Shown here piece after piece: positions 37,405 through 46,355 of a DNA stretch of 46,382 nucleotides. The stretch lies in the sequence record DRR723986_8697; one strand, 5' to 3'. The translations under genes and the position numbers were made by a program. A model generated the notes under the pieces. It was given only the letters and a program-made list of their open reading frames with translations. It did not search any database and was not told where the DNA came from. Every line of letters starts with the position of its first letter. Position 1 is the first letter of the stretch.

Positions 37405-39854
37405 TATTCTCTAGTGTAGTTACCTATACGAATCACATCTGCAAACACTCCTGCAGCAGTTACGTCTGCACCTGCACCTGGACCTCGGATGATCATTGGT
37501 CTATCACGATATCTATCTGTAGTCAATAGAATCATATTGTCACTTCCTCCCAATCCACTAAATGGATGAGAAAGTGGAAGGGAATTCAACCCTACTTTCG
37601 CTTTGCCATTCTCCAAAGTTGCCATGAAGCGAAGTTTTTCTCCTTTTGCTTCAGCTGTTTTCAGCATGTCTTCAAAATCAACATCATGCGTTTTCAACAC
37701 TTCAAAAAACTCTGGAACAGTACCTAAATTTTGACAATCTTCAGGTACCATGCTTTGGATCTCGATAGAGTCAAACTCCAAATCCTGCTCTGCCTCACGA
37801 CCCAAAATCAGGATCTTCCTAGCCACATCCATTCCACTCAAATCATCTCTAGGGTCTGGCTCAGTAAAGCCAAGTTCTTTCGCTTTTTTTACCACCTCAG
37901 AGAAAGGATCACCTTTTTCAAGTTCAGAGAAAATATAATTCATCGACCCAGAAAGTACCGCTTCTATACGAATCACCTTATCTCCACTTAGCATCAAATC
38001 CTGTAACGTATTGATTACTGGAAGTCCTGCCGCTACGTTGGTTTCATACAGGAATTTCACACCACGTTTTTTTGCCAAACGCTTAAGTGATTTGTATTGC
38101 TCCATGGAGCCAGAATTGGCTTTTTTGTTTGGAGTAACGATTGCAACTTTAGCTTCCAAAATCTGAGAATAAAGCTCAGCCACATCCTGGCTTGCGGTAC
38201 AATCCACAAATACAGAATTGGAGAAGTTCATCTCTTCCATAGTTCTGATGAATTTACCCAAATCAGTTTGATCATCAGAATCACTCAGTTCATATGGATT
38301 GGAAAGGTCGAAGCCATCTTCATGGAAAGCCATATATCGACTGTTCGCAAGACCGTGGATCTGAATATCCAATTCATTATCCCCACGGAGCTTTTGCTGT
38401 TGGTTAGCTATCATTTTGATCAGCGCTTGACCAATCAACCCTGTACCAACCAAAAATACGTGAAGCACCTTATTTTCTGATAGGAAAAACGCCTCATGAA
38501 GCGCGTTCAGCGCCTTCTGCAAATCTGGCTGAGGAATCACAGCCGAGATATTCAACTCCGAACTCCCCTGCGCAATTGCTCCTACGTTAATATTGTTTCT
38601 TCCCAAAGCACGGAACATACGTCCCGAAGCACCTGGGTTATGCTTCATATTTTCGCCAACTACGGCTACAGTAGCCAAGTTATGTAGCAGTATGACCTCA
38701 TCCATTTCTCCGGATTTGATTTCATAGAAAAACTCCTTTTCCACTGCCTCTTTTGCCAAATACGCTTCCTGAGTTTTGATCGCCAAGCAGATACTATGTT
38801 CAGAGGAAGCCTGAGAAATAAGCAAAATATTTACTCTCGCCTCAGCCAAAGCTTTGAATACTCGACTCGTCCCAACTGCAGAATCCAACATTCCTGGACC
38901 TTGAACCGTCACAATAGAAACATTTGGAATAGAGCTAATCCCTTTGATCAATGCTCCAGGGCTTACTTCCCCGTTGATCAGTGTTCCTGGATTTTCAGGC
39001 TCAAAGGTGTTTTTAATATAAATAGGGATGCTATTTCGCATCGCTGGCTGCATGGTCGCCGGGAAAATAACTTTGGCACCAAAATGCGAAAGCTCCATCG
39101 CTTCATTATAACTCAGCTGAGGAATGGTGAAGGCAGTGTAAACCAACTTCGGGTCTGAAGTCAACACGCCCGAAACATCTGTCCAGATTTCAAGACACTC
39201 AGCATTTAAAGCTGCCGCAAAAATGGCCGCTGTATAATCTGAGCCTGATCTTCCAAGTGTAGTAGTTTCTCCTTTTTCAGTAGATGCGATAAAACCAGTG
39301 ATTACTTTGATTCCCTCATGCTTTGCAAAATAGTTTTTGATGGCAGCGTTGGTGACATCAAAGTCAACCTTCGCCTGACCGAATCGATCATTGGTACGGA
39401 TTACTTCGCGTGCATCAAGAAACTGAGTTTTCAGTCCATGTCCCTGCATGGATTCTGCAAGGATAAATGCCGCCAGCCTCTCTCCAAAACTTGCCACATA
39501 ATCCAGTGTGCGAACAGAATTTTCTTTGATCAGGTAAATGCCATGAAAAAGATCCTCTAACTCTTTGAATCGTACTTTCACAAAGGTCATCACGGTTGAC
39601 TGGCTCTGTACAGAGATCAACTGACGTACGATGGTCAGATGCTTTTCTTCCAAAGATTGTAGGACTTCACGGTACGCCTCATCTCCTTCTCTAGCCAACT
39701 GGGCTATCTTCAATAAGCTTTCCGTCACTCCTCCAAAAGCAGAAAAAACAATAGCTGTTTCATGTTCTTTGAGCGTTTCCTTAATGATAGAAAAAACTCG
39801 CTGTATATTTTCAGGGTTCGCTACGGATGAGCCACCGAACTTGATGATTTTCAT
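37404..39854 (-). CDS. thrA: Bifunctional aspartate kinase/homoserine dehydrogenase I
   Basis: KFGGSS, TTLGRSGSD, two ACT domains, GTGLIG, YETNVAAGLP, TEPDPRDDLSG, GPGAG. Confidence 0.97.
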   Translation of the reverse strand: MKIIKFGGSSVANPENIQRVFSIIKETLKEHETAIVFSAFGGVTESLLKIAQLAREGDEAYREVLQSLEEKHLTIVRQLISVQSQSTVMTFVKVRFKELEDLFHGIYLIKENSVRTLDYVASFGERLAAFILAESMQGHGLKTQFLDAREVIRTNDRFGQAKVDFDVTNAAIKNYFAKHEGIKVITGFIASTEKGETTTLGRSGSDYTAAIFAAALNAECLEIWTDVSGVLTSDPKLVYTAFTIPQLSYNEAMELSHFGAKVIFPATMQPAMRNSIPIYIKNTFEPENPGTLINGEVSPGALIKGISSIPNVSIVTVQGPGMLDSAVGTSRVFKALAEARVNILLISQASSEHSICLAIKTQEAYLAKEAVEKEFFYEIKSGEMDEVILLHNLATVAVVGENMKHNPGASGRMFRALGRNNINVGAIAQGSSELNISAVIPQPDLQKALNALHEAFFLSENKVLHVFLVGTGLIGQALIKMIANQQQKLRGDNELDIQIHGLANSRYMAFHEDGFDLSNPYELSDSDDQTDLGKFIRTMEEMNFSNSVFVDCTASQDVAELYSQILEAKVAIVTPNKKANSGSMEQYKSLKRLAKKRGVKFLYETNVAAGLPVINTLQDLMLSGDKVIRIEAVLSGSMNYIFSELEKGDPFSEVVKKAKELGFTEPDPRDDLSGMDVARKILILGREAEQDLEFDSIEIQSMVPEDCQNLGTVPEFFEVLKTHDVDFEDMLKTAEAKGEKLRFMATLENGKAKVGLNSLPLSHPFSGLGGSDNMILLTTDRYRDRPMIIRGPGAGADVTAAGVFADVIRIGNYTRE

Positions 39855-39875
39855 GTGTTATAAGTTGATTTTATG

Positions 39876-39945
39876 GGTCACATGGAATCTCGCATAGTTG
39901 ATAATCATACCTCTGTGTAAACCTTCGGCTATGCTTGATTTCATA
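39876..39945 (-). promoter_or_regulatory. Conserved 5'-leader hairpin element, copy 3
   Basis: Minus strand TATGAAATCAAGCATAG...CTATGCGAGATTCCATGTGACC, ending 21 nt before the thrA ATG. Confidence 0.6.
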
Positions 39946-40032
39946 AATTTTACTTCTGGAATTAATTACTTGGGAAATTAATATTAGCCAATTAAGGCCT
40001 AGGGGGCGGGTACTTAAAATATATAGACGGGA

Positions 40033-40098
40033 TTAACCCGTAATCGTGGTACCAATCCATGTCGTCATAGAAAAAGTGGTGCAGGCTCTCGCTTCCAT
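40033..40098 (-). CDS. Putative thr operon leader peptide (21 aa, MEARACTTFSMTTWIGTTITG)
   Basis: 7 Thr and 2 Ile in the last 15 codons; same strand as thrA, stop 178 nt upstream of the thrA ATG; alternative in-frame ATGs at 40146 and codon 11. Confidence 0.7.
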   Translation of the reverse strand: MEARACTTFSMTTWIGTTITG

Positions 40099-40362
40099 AG
40101 CTGGAAGTAGATCTAGGTCTGAAGAGATTTTTACTGCAAATACCATAACTGGACAATTGACATGACAATCTTACTGCCAAAATTTTTATTACCCAAACAA
40201 TCCATTGGGGATTTTCAAAAAAAACTGAAAGTTCATTGTAAATAACACAAGAATTTCCCCGAAAACTGAAATTCAAATAGAATCACTTTCTATCTCTCCA
40301 TATAACGAAATTGAATTTGGAATCAAATTCATTAAATTAAAGGAGCCCAAAACCCTGCCGCT

Positions 40363-40785
40363 ATGAGCGTTTTAAAAACTGTATCGATTGGATTAATATT
40401 CCTGCTATTCATAAATTGTACAGGTACCAAAGAAATTAATCCACTAAACCACCTCAAAAGTACAAGCTGGGCCCTTTCATCTTTAATGGGCCAAGGTCTA
40501 GATTTAAATCAGTTTAGCGGAGGACTACCAATGCTGAATTTCCTGGATGATGGTAAACTTGCCGGATTTTCAGGATGCAATAATTTCTCTGGAAACTTTC
40601 TACTGGAAAGCAGCGGGCTTCTACTTGATCCTGGTGCGATAACTAAAAAAATATGCCCAGGAAGAGGAGAACAAGATTTTATTGCGGTAATGAAAAAGGT
40701 AAAGAATTTTAAGATCAGTAAAGACAAACTCATCTTACTCGATGGTGACACCGAGTTGATGAGTTTTGTCCCAAAGAAGCAGTAA
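40363..40785 (+). CDS. META-domain (HslJ-like) lipoprotein
   Basis: Lipobox-like FINC, W-x-L, GFSGCNNFSG, TKKICP. Confidence 0.85.
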   Translation: MSVLKTVSIGLIFLLFINCTGTKEINPLNHLKSTSWALSSLMGQGLDLNQFSGGLPMLNFLDDGKLAGFSGCNNFSGNFLLESSGLLLDPGAITKKICPGRGEQDFIAVMKKVKNFKISKDKLILLDGDTELMSFVPKKQ

Positions 40786-40792
40786 TGTTGTT

Positions 40793-41248
40793 TTAGAGCA
40801 ATTCTGTGATCGTAAGATTCCTACCACGGAATTCCACTTGGTCACCTTTCTTGCGTCCCACTAAAATTTCACCTAATGGAGAGCTTTTACTCAACATGAA
40901 TAGTTTTTGTCCATCCACATTGACCTGTCCTAGGCTAATTGAAATCAAATATTGGTCAGATCCAACTTGAACCAAACTACCTTCCTGAATTGTAGCAGAA
41001 GGTTCTTTGATTGCCTGAAATCTACACAATTCATCAAACTCGAAATTAGCCTGCTTAAGCTGATTCTCTACAGTCATGAGATCTCGAGACATGGTTTCTC
41101 TGCCAGTTTCAAATTTATCCCCAGCACTACTTTTTGTGTCTTCTAAAATCCCATCATTGATCGCCTTTCGCTCGGCTTTCAATAGGTTGATTTTCTCTTT
41201 CACCTGCGCAATCGCAGTTTGGTAAACTTTTTCTTTAAACGTATTCAT
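40793..41248 (-). CDS. GreA/GreB-like protein
   Basis: Predicted coiled coil with KSSAGDKFETGRE tip; C-terminal SSPLGEILVGRKKGDQV matches the Gre C-domain pattern. Confidence 0.7.
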   Translation of the reverse strand: MNTFKEKVYQTAIAQVKEKINLLKAERKAINDGILEDTKSSAGDKFETGRETMSRDLMTVENQLKQANFEFDELCRFQAIKEPSATIQEGSLVQVGSDQYLISISLGQVNVDGQKLFMLSKSSPLGEILVGRKKGDQVEFRGRNLTITELL

Positions 41249-41254
41249 AAAATA

Positions 41255-41707
41255 TCAAGAGCAGCCGTCTTTTCGGCGAGTATCGATGATGTAAACTATT
41301 TTCCAGCCTGAGGCCATTTTTACTAATTGAAAAGAATTCACGCCGCAATGGCTGAATTTGTCATTAAAATAAAACTCGTACGGAGTCCATGCTGTCGCCA
41401 TTGGACCATCAATGTTAATTTGGTAATCGGTAATCCTTTCATCCAATTTTGCCTCTTCAGGCAGACTACCAATTCCCTTCACAAAGTCTGCCACAGATCC
41501 AGCCTTCACCATACCCGTTTCTCCGGTGGTTTCTATGGTCTGCATAATTGCATTTTCGGAAAAAACCGCCCCAATTTGGTCTACATTTTTCGCACGCATT
41601 CCATCAAAAAGAGACTCAATCACAGCCTTAACTTCAGCTTCATCCGACTGCGAAAATGCAGGAAAGACCAAAATAACGGAGAATAGGACCAATAGTAAAT
41701 TTTTCAT
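41255..41707 (-). CDS. Secreted NTF2-like (lumazine-binding/SnoaL-like) protein
   Basis: Signal peptide from MKNLLL; AWTPYEFY, HCGVNSFQL, WKI. Confidence 0.8.
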   Translation of the reverse strand: MKNLLLVLFSVILVFPAFSQSDEAEVKAVIESLFDGMRAKNVDQIGAVFSENAIMQTIETTGETGMVKAGSVADFVKGIGSLPEEAKLDERITDYQINIDGPMATAWTPYEFYFNDKFSHCGVNSFQLVKMASGWKIVYIIDTRRKDGCS

Positions 41708-41723
41708 TTTCGATAGTTTTAAC

Positions 41724-42401
41724 TTAAACTTCACCGTAAAGTTTGAATGTCATATTTCTTAATGCATGCGTATTGACCGCATAATGCATAGCCTCAGCAA
41801 TTTCGTCTGCTCTCACCCACTTGCTGAAATCAGCGTCCGGCATAGACTCCCGATTTGGAGGCGTATCAATAATGCTTGGCACAAAAACATGCGATCTAAT
41901 CGGAGTGCTTTTTGTCTCTTCACCTACTATCTCTGCAAGCGAAATCACCAATTTCTTACTCAAGGCATAAGCCAAAACATCCCTGGCATCCTCTACTTGC
42001 AGTGCCGGTCTAGCACCCACGAAAAGGAAAGTGCCTTTGCCCTGCTTTTTCATATGAGGCAAAAACCCTTTGACTAAGTGAAAAGCAGAGAAAAAATTAA
42101 GCGTAAACATTTTTTCTAAATCCGACTGATTGGTATCTGATATACCTCCCATTGCAAAACCTCCAACCAAAAACGCCAATGCATCTACATCTCCGTATTG
42201 TAGGTAATATTCTTTAATAAAAGCTGAAACAGCCTTCTCATCAGTCACGTCTACTTCGTAAGAATCATCCGATTCTTCCACCTCTTCATTTTTTCCCGGA
42301 TGAAGAAGTGCAATAATATGATATCCTTCACGCTTAAACTTTTCGACTACTGCCGAACCTAAATTCCCTCCTGCGCCTGTGATTATGATATTTCTGCTCA
42401 T
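41724..42401 (-). CDS. Short-chain dehydrogenase/reductase
   Basis: Start MSRNIII; TGAGGNLG, YALSK, PSIIDTPPNR. Confidence 0.88.
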   Translation of the reverse strand: MSRNIIITGAGGNLGSAVVEKFKREGYHIIALLHPGKNEEVEESDDSYEVDVTDEKAVSAFIKEYYLQYGDVDALAFLVGGFAMGGISDTNQSDLEKMFTLNFFSAFHLVKGFLPHMKKQGKGTFLFVGARPALQVEDARDVLAYALSKKLVISLAEIVGEETKSTPIRSHVFVPSIIDTPPNRESMPDADFSKWVRADEIAEAMHYAVNTHALRNMTFKLYGEV

Positions 42402-42459
42402 ACTACTCCAATATTCTTTCTGATATTTGTTAAAATTAGGCTTAATTTTTCGAAAAGGC

Positions 42460-43353
42460 ATGAATCAACTTAAAAGCATCATCAAGAATCAGGAAAACAA
42501 ACGCAGGAGAAATTTCTTTTTAAAGTTTCTCCTACTTGTGGTTTTGATCACAGCTTTTGAATCAAATAGCTGGTTTAGCCCATTCTTCGATACGCATATC
42601 ATCGCATCAAATCTGATCAGAGCTGCAATTTTCTTACTAAGTGGGAACTTGATTATTTCTCTAGCCAGAATTATCACGCTACAATTTTACCTGAAAAGAA
42701 CGGAGGAATCGAGAGTTCAACCCAACTTTGTGATCGGTATTGATCGTCTTTCCAGCTTGCTAAATATTATTGTGTTTTTAATCACCTTGATGCTTGCTTT
42801 TGGAGTTCGTCCGTTGGAATTTCTCACTAGTATCACGATTGTTGCAGCAGCGATAGCTCTATTGACCAAGGATTACATCACCAATATTGTCAACGGTTTG
42901 ATCATTATGTTTTCGGATCAGCTGGAAATTGGTGACAAGATTTTGATTGGAAAAAATGTGGGTTTTATACGGGATATTACACTGATCAACATGGTGCTGA
43001 AAACTGAGACAGGTGAGATAGTTATCGTTCCAAATACGCTTGTTTTGACCTCTGAAGTAGTAAATTATTCCAAAAACAACTCCCATCAAGTCATCCTGGA
43101 TTCGGAGATCCCTTTTTATTCGGTGATTCAGTTGAATGATCTGGAAAAGGCTCTGAATAAATCTCTGACTGAATTTTCAGACTACATCTATGTGGAGGGG
43201 GCTCAGCTGAATGTAATCGAAAGAAAGCCAGAAAGCATCGTCGTCCGCTATCAATTCCCCATAAAATCCGGTGAAAAAGCCATAGAGAGGAATGTCACTA
43301 AAACCGTCAATCAAGCCCTTATCAGTTGGTCTAATGAAACCCGAAAAGCCTAA
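42460..43353 (+). CDS. MscS-family mechanosensitive channel
   Basis: TM region then KDYITNIVNGLII...IGDKI...G.IRDI...VIVPN...VVNYS. Confidence 0.85.
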   Translation: MNQLKSIIKNQENKRRRNFFLKFLLLVVLITAFESNSWFSPFFDTHIIASNLIRAAIFLLSGNLIISLARIITLQFYLKRTEESRVQPNFVIGIDRLSSLLNIIVFLITLMLAFGVRPLEFLTSITIVAAAIALLTKDYITNIVNGLIIMFSDQLEIGDKILIGKNVGFIRDITLINMVLKTETGEIVIVPNTLVLTSEVVNYSKNNSHQVILDSEIPFYSVIQLNDLEKALNKSLTEFSDYIYVEGAQLNVIERKPESIVVRYQFPIKSGEKAIERNVTKTVNQALISWSNETRKA

Positions 43354-43672
43354 TTACTTCGATCTCGTATACCAGGTAGTTCGCTTGATTCCGAGCGGAA
43401 GAGTAACCAATTATGGCGCAATCGCACATTATTTGGGTATAAAAAGTGGTGCAAGAATGGTCGGATATGCCATGAATGCGGCGCACACAATATCAGATGT
43501 TCCTGCGCATCGCGTGGTGAATAGTCAAGGTTTGCTTACCGGAAAAGGCCATTTCGAAACACCCACTAAAATGCAGGAATTGCTGGAAATGGAAGGTGTG
43601 GAAATAGTGAAAGACAAAGTCCAGAATTTTGACAAGGTTTTTTGGAACCCAGAGGTGGAATTGGCGATATAA
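43334..43672 (+). CDS. Alkyltransferase-like (ATL/MGMT family) protein
   Basis: IPSGRVTNYGAIA, ARMVG, PAHRVV (Ala in place of catalytic Cys), LEMEGV. Confidence 0.88.
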   Translation: MKPEKPNYFDLVYQVVRLIPSGRVTNYGAIAHYLGIKSGARMVGYAMNAAHTISDVPAHRVVNSQGLLTGKGHFETPTKMQELLEMEGVEIVKDKVQNFDKVFWNPEVELAI

Positions 43673-43707
43673 TAAATGGATTTTCAGAATTATAGGAAAA
43701 ACACCAT

Positions 43708-43871
43708 GCGTTCCGATGGAACGCTCTGTTGTCTCCTATCGCTTATTTCTACCGACCAGATGTCCCTCCGGGACAAGTATTCTTATTAACTGCGAATAAT
43801 GATCCCGCCATAGGAAGGTCTCGTCGGTAGAAATAATAGAGCTTGAACGATTTGGTCGTTCCGTAGGAACG
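43708..43871. repeat. Composite palindromic REP/MITE-like element
   Basis: Terminal hairpins CGTTCC-GAT-GGAACG and CGTTCC-GTA-GGAACG, 14-bp IR TTATTTCTACCGAC/GTCGGTAGAAATAA, inner hairpin TGTCCC-TCC-GGGACA. Confidence 0.75.
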
Positions 43872-43883
43872 TTTGGCGAGAAA

Positions 43884-45326
43884 TCACCTTCTCCTCAATA
43901 AATACAACCCAACGAACATAATCAGTCCATTCAGGATCAGGGCTTCGAAACCGAATTTATAACCCCAGAATAATTTCTCCGAATTAGAAGCTATCGCAAA
44001 AGTCATGGCAGGAGCAATAACAGCGAGGTAAGGCACAAACTTATCCTTCACCTGCCATTTGGTAAATAATCCAAAAGCATATAGTCCAAGCAAAGGCCCA
44101 TAGGTATAGCCAGCAATTACAAAAACAGAATTGATTACACTCTGGTCATTGATCCAATGGAAAGCCAAGATCACAACAAACATCACAAAGGTGAATACGA
44201 TATGGACTTTCTTCCGAACCGAAACCCGCTTTTCCGCAGGATACCTTTTCTCTATCTCTAAAAAATCTATACAAAATGAAGTTGTCAGCGCAGTCAAGGT
44301 GGAATCTGCACTGGAATAGGCTGCAGCTGTAATGCCCAATACAAATATTATTCCTGCAAACGGTGAGAAATATTCTGTGGCAAGAAGTGGGAACAGCTCA
44401 TCAGTTTTAGCAGGAATCTGAACGCCCTGAGTCTCTGCATAAAGAAAAAGTAACACACCGAGCGCTAAGAAAAGTAAGTTCACAAAGACCAAAATCGTCG
44501 TAAACCAGAACATGTTTTTCTGAGCCTCACCTATGTTCTTACAGGTCAAATTCTTTTGCATCATATCCTGATCCAAGCCTGTCATCACAATGGTGATAAA
44601 TGCTCCAGAGATAAACTGCTTAAAGAAATTGGTGCCGGCTTTCCAATCCCAATTGAAAATCTGTGATCGTGGATCATTGGAGACTGCTTTGAAATAATCA
44701 CTCACTCCATCGAAGTTTAGTGCATTCCCCACCATGATTACACAAACCACCACTGCGGCAAGCATGAAAAAAGTCTGAAGCGTATCTGTCCACACCACCG
44801 TCTTGATACCGCCACGATGCGTATAAAGCCAGATCAGCCCAACTGTAATCAATACCGAAACCCAAAAAGGAATACCCAAGGAATCGAAGAGAATGAGTTG
44901 AAGGACACTTGCGACTAAAAAAACCCGAATCGAGGAGCCCAAAGTTCTGGAGAGAATAAAGAAAAATGCTCCTGTTTTATAGGACCAAAATCCGAACCTA
45001 TCTTCTAGGTAAGAGTAAATTGAAACGAGATTCAGTCGGTAATAAAGTGGCAAGAGCACTTTGGCTATCACGAAATAACCCAGCGTGTAACCCAAAACAA
45101 CTTGGAAGTAAAAGAAGTTAGTATTGCCGACTTCTCCGGGAACAGAAATGAAAGTCACTCCTGAAAGAGAAGCACCAATCATCCCAAAAGCGACCAAGAA
45201 CCATGGAGACTGACGGTCTCCAGTGAAGAAGGTATCGGCAGAAACTTTTCGGGAGGTAAACCAGGAAATAAGGAATAACAGTAAAAAATAGCAACAGATT
45301 ACCAGTAGGACTAATTGGGAATTCAT
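43884..45326 (-). CDS. Sodium:solute symporter family protein
   Basis: Start MNSQLV; FFTGDRQSPW, SGVTFISVPG, GGIKTVVWTD, GLDQDMMQK; many TM helices. Confidence 0.92.
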   Translation of the reverse strand: MNSQLVLLVICCYFLLLFLISWFTSRKVSADTFFTGDRQSPWFLVAFGMIGASLSGVTFISVPGEVGNTNFFYFQVVLGYTLGYFVIAKVLLPLYYRLNLVSIYSYLEDRFGFWSYKTGAFFFILSRTLGSSIRVFLVASVLQLILFDSLGIPFWVSVLITVGLIWLYTHRGGIKTVVWTDTLQTFFMLAAVVVCVIMVGNALNFDGVSDYFKAVSNDPRSQIFNWDWKAGTNFFKQFISGAFITIVMTGLDQDMMQKNLTCKNIGEAQKNMFWFTTILVFVNLLFLALGVLLFLYAETQGVQIPAKTDELFPLLATEYFSPFAGIIFVLGITAAAYSSADSTLTALTTSFCIDFLEIEKRYPAEKRVSVRKKVHIVFTFVMFVVILAFHWINDQSVINSVFVIAGYTYGPLLGLYAFGLFTKWQVKDKFVPYLAVIAPAMTFAIASNSEKLFWGYKFGFEALILNGLIMFVGLYLLRRR

Positions 45327-45367
45327 AAATCGTATTGAAGTAGGTTCGCTAAGTTGTTCAATATTCT

Positions 45368-45375
45368 TAATTTTG
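45368..45375 (+). promoter_or_regulatory. -7 promoter element immediately before clpS
   Basis: TAATTTTG-CAAA-ATG. Confidence 0.6.
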
Positions 45376-45379
45376 CAAA

Positions 45380-45673
45380 ATGAATCATTCAAACGACCCA
45401 TTTCCATACATTGAGGAATCAGAAGTTCTGGTGGAGGATTTGATAGATATTGAATCTAATGACTTGATTGTCTACAATGACGAATTCAACACATTCGATC
45501 ATGTAATCAAGATTCTGATGAAAGTCTGCAAGCATAGCATAGAGCAGGCAGAGCAATGCACCATCACCATACACTATAGAGGAAAATGTGCGGTAAAAAA
45601 AGGAAGTATCACAGAGCTAAAACCTATGTGTGAAGCTATATTAGATGCTGGAATCCAAGCCGCAATCGTTTAA
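45380..45673 (+). CDS. clpS: ATP-dependent Clp protease adaptor ClpS
   Basis: LIVYNDEFNTFDHV, AEQCTITIHYRGKCAV. Confidence 0.9.
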   Translation: MNHSNDPFPYIEESEVLVEDLIDIESNDLIVYNDEFNTFDHVIKILMKVCKHSIEQAEQCTITIHYRGKCAVKKGSITELKPMCEAILDAGIQAAIV

Positions 45674-45685
45674 ATCCACTCAGAA

Positions 45686-46306
45686 TTGAATTTCCCTTCC
45701 AAACTGATAGAGGATGCTGTCACCGAAATTTCCCGACTTCCGGGTATTGGTAAGAAAACAGCCCTTCGACTAGCTCTTCATCTGCTCAAGCAGCACGAGG
45801 CAAACACCGAAGCTTTAGCTTTGGCGATCACCCGTATGCGCTCTGAGATCCAATATTGCAAAACCTGCCATAATATCTCCGATGCCGAAGAATGTAGCAT
45901 CTGCCTAAGTCATCGGCGCGACGGCTCCCTACTTTGCGTGGTCGAAGACATTCGTGATGTACTCGCAATAGAGAATACAAATCAGTATCAAGGAAAGTAT
46001 CACGTGCTTGGCGGGGTAATTTCGCCGATACAAGGTATAGGACCGGAGGAATTGAAAATAGAATCTTTGCTAGCTAGAGTAGAAGCAGCTGCGCAAACTG
46101 AACCAATCAAAGAAGTGATTTTGGCACTAAGTGCAACTATGGAGGGCGACACTACATCCTTCTATCTCGCAAAAAAGCTGAAAGAAAAAGGAATTCAGGT
46201 GAGTTCTATTGCTCGGGGAATTCCTGTAGGCGGGGAATTAGAATTTACAGATGAAGTCACTCTTGGCCGAAGTATCATGACCCGAATTAATTACGCAACC
46301 GAGTAA
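45686..46306 (+). CDS. recR: Recombination mediator RecR
   Basis: TTG start; HhH LPGIGKKTA, C4 zinc finger, Toprim VVE, YHVLGG, EGDTT, GIPVGGELE. Confidence 0.97.
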   Translation: MNFPSKLIEDAVTEISRLPGIGKKTALRLALHLLKQHEANTEALALAITRMRSEIQYCKTCHNISDAEECSICLSHRRDGSLLCVVEDIRDVLAIENTNQYQGKYHVLGGVISPIQGIGPEELKIESLLARVEAAAQTEPIKEVILALSATMEGDTTSFYLAKKLKEKGIQVSSIARGIPVGGELEFTDEVTLGRSIMTRINYATE

Positions 46307-46313
46307 AATTTCT

Positions 46314-46344
46314 TTTGCACAGCAAAAACCTAGGTCTATATTTG
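46314..46344 (+). promoter_or_regulatory. Bacteroidota sigma-70 promoter (-33/-7) for the tRNA
   Basis: TTTG-19 nt-TATATTTG, matching the consensus. Confidence 0.8.
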
Positions 46345-46355
46345 CAAACCCAAAT

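Noticed and set aside
25296-39854. Two aspartate kinases (lysC and thrA)
   Set aside because: Ordinary isozyme arrangement.
1476-39945. Reading the repeated element as CRISPR repeat, attC site, T-box or SAM/lysine riboswitch
   Set aside because: Copies are dispersed rather than arrayed, lack RYYYAAC/GTTRRRY ends and lack those riboswitch consensus motifs; no cas or integrase genes in the window.
39992-40276. 94-aa minus-strand ORF upstream of thrA
   Set aside because: No ATG start or motifs; a different frame holds the Thr-rich leader peptide that better explains the region.
371-44319. Many 60-135 aa ORFs antisense to or nested in long genes
   Set aside because: Shadow ORFs of well-supported genes with no recognisable motifs.
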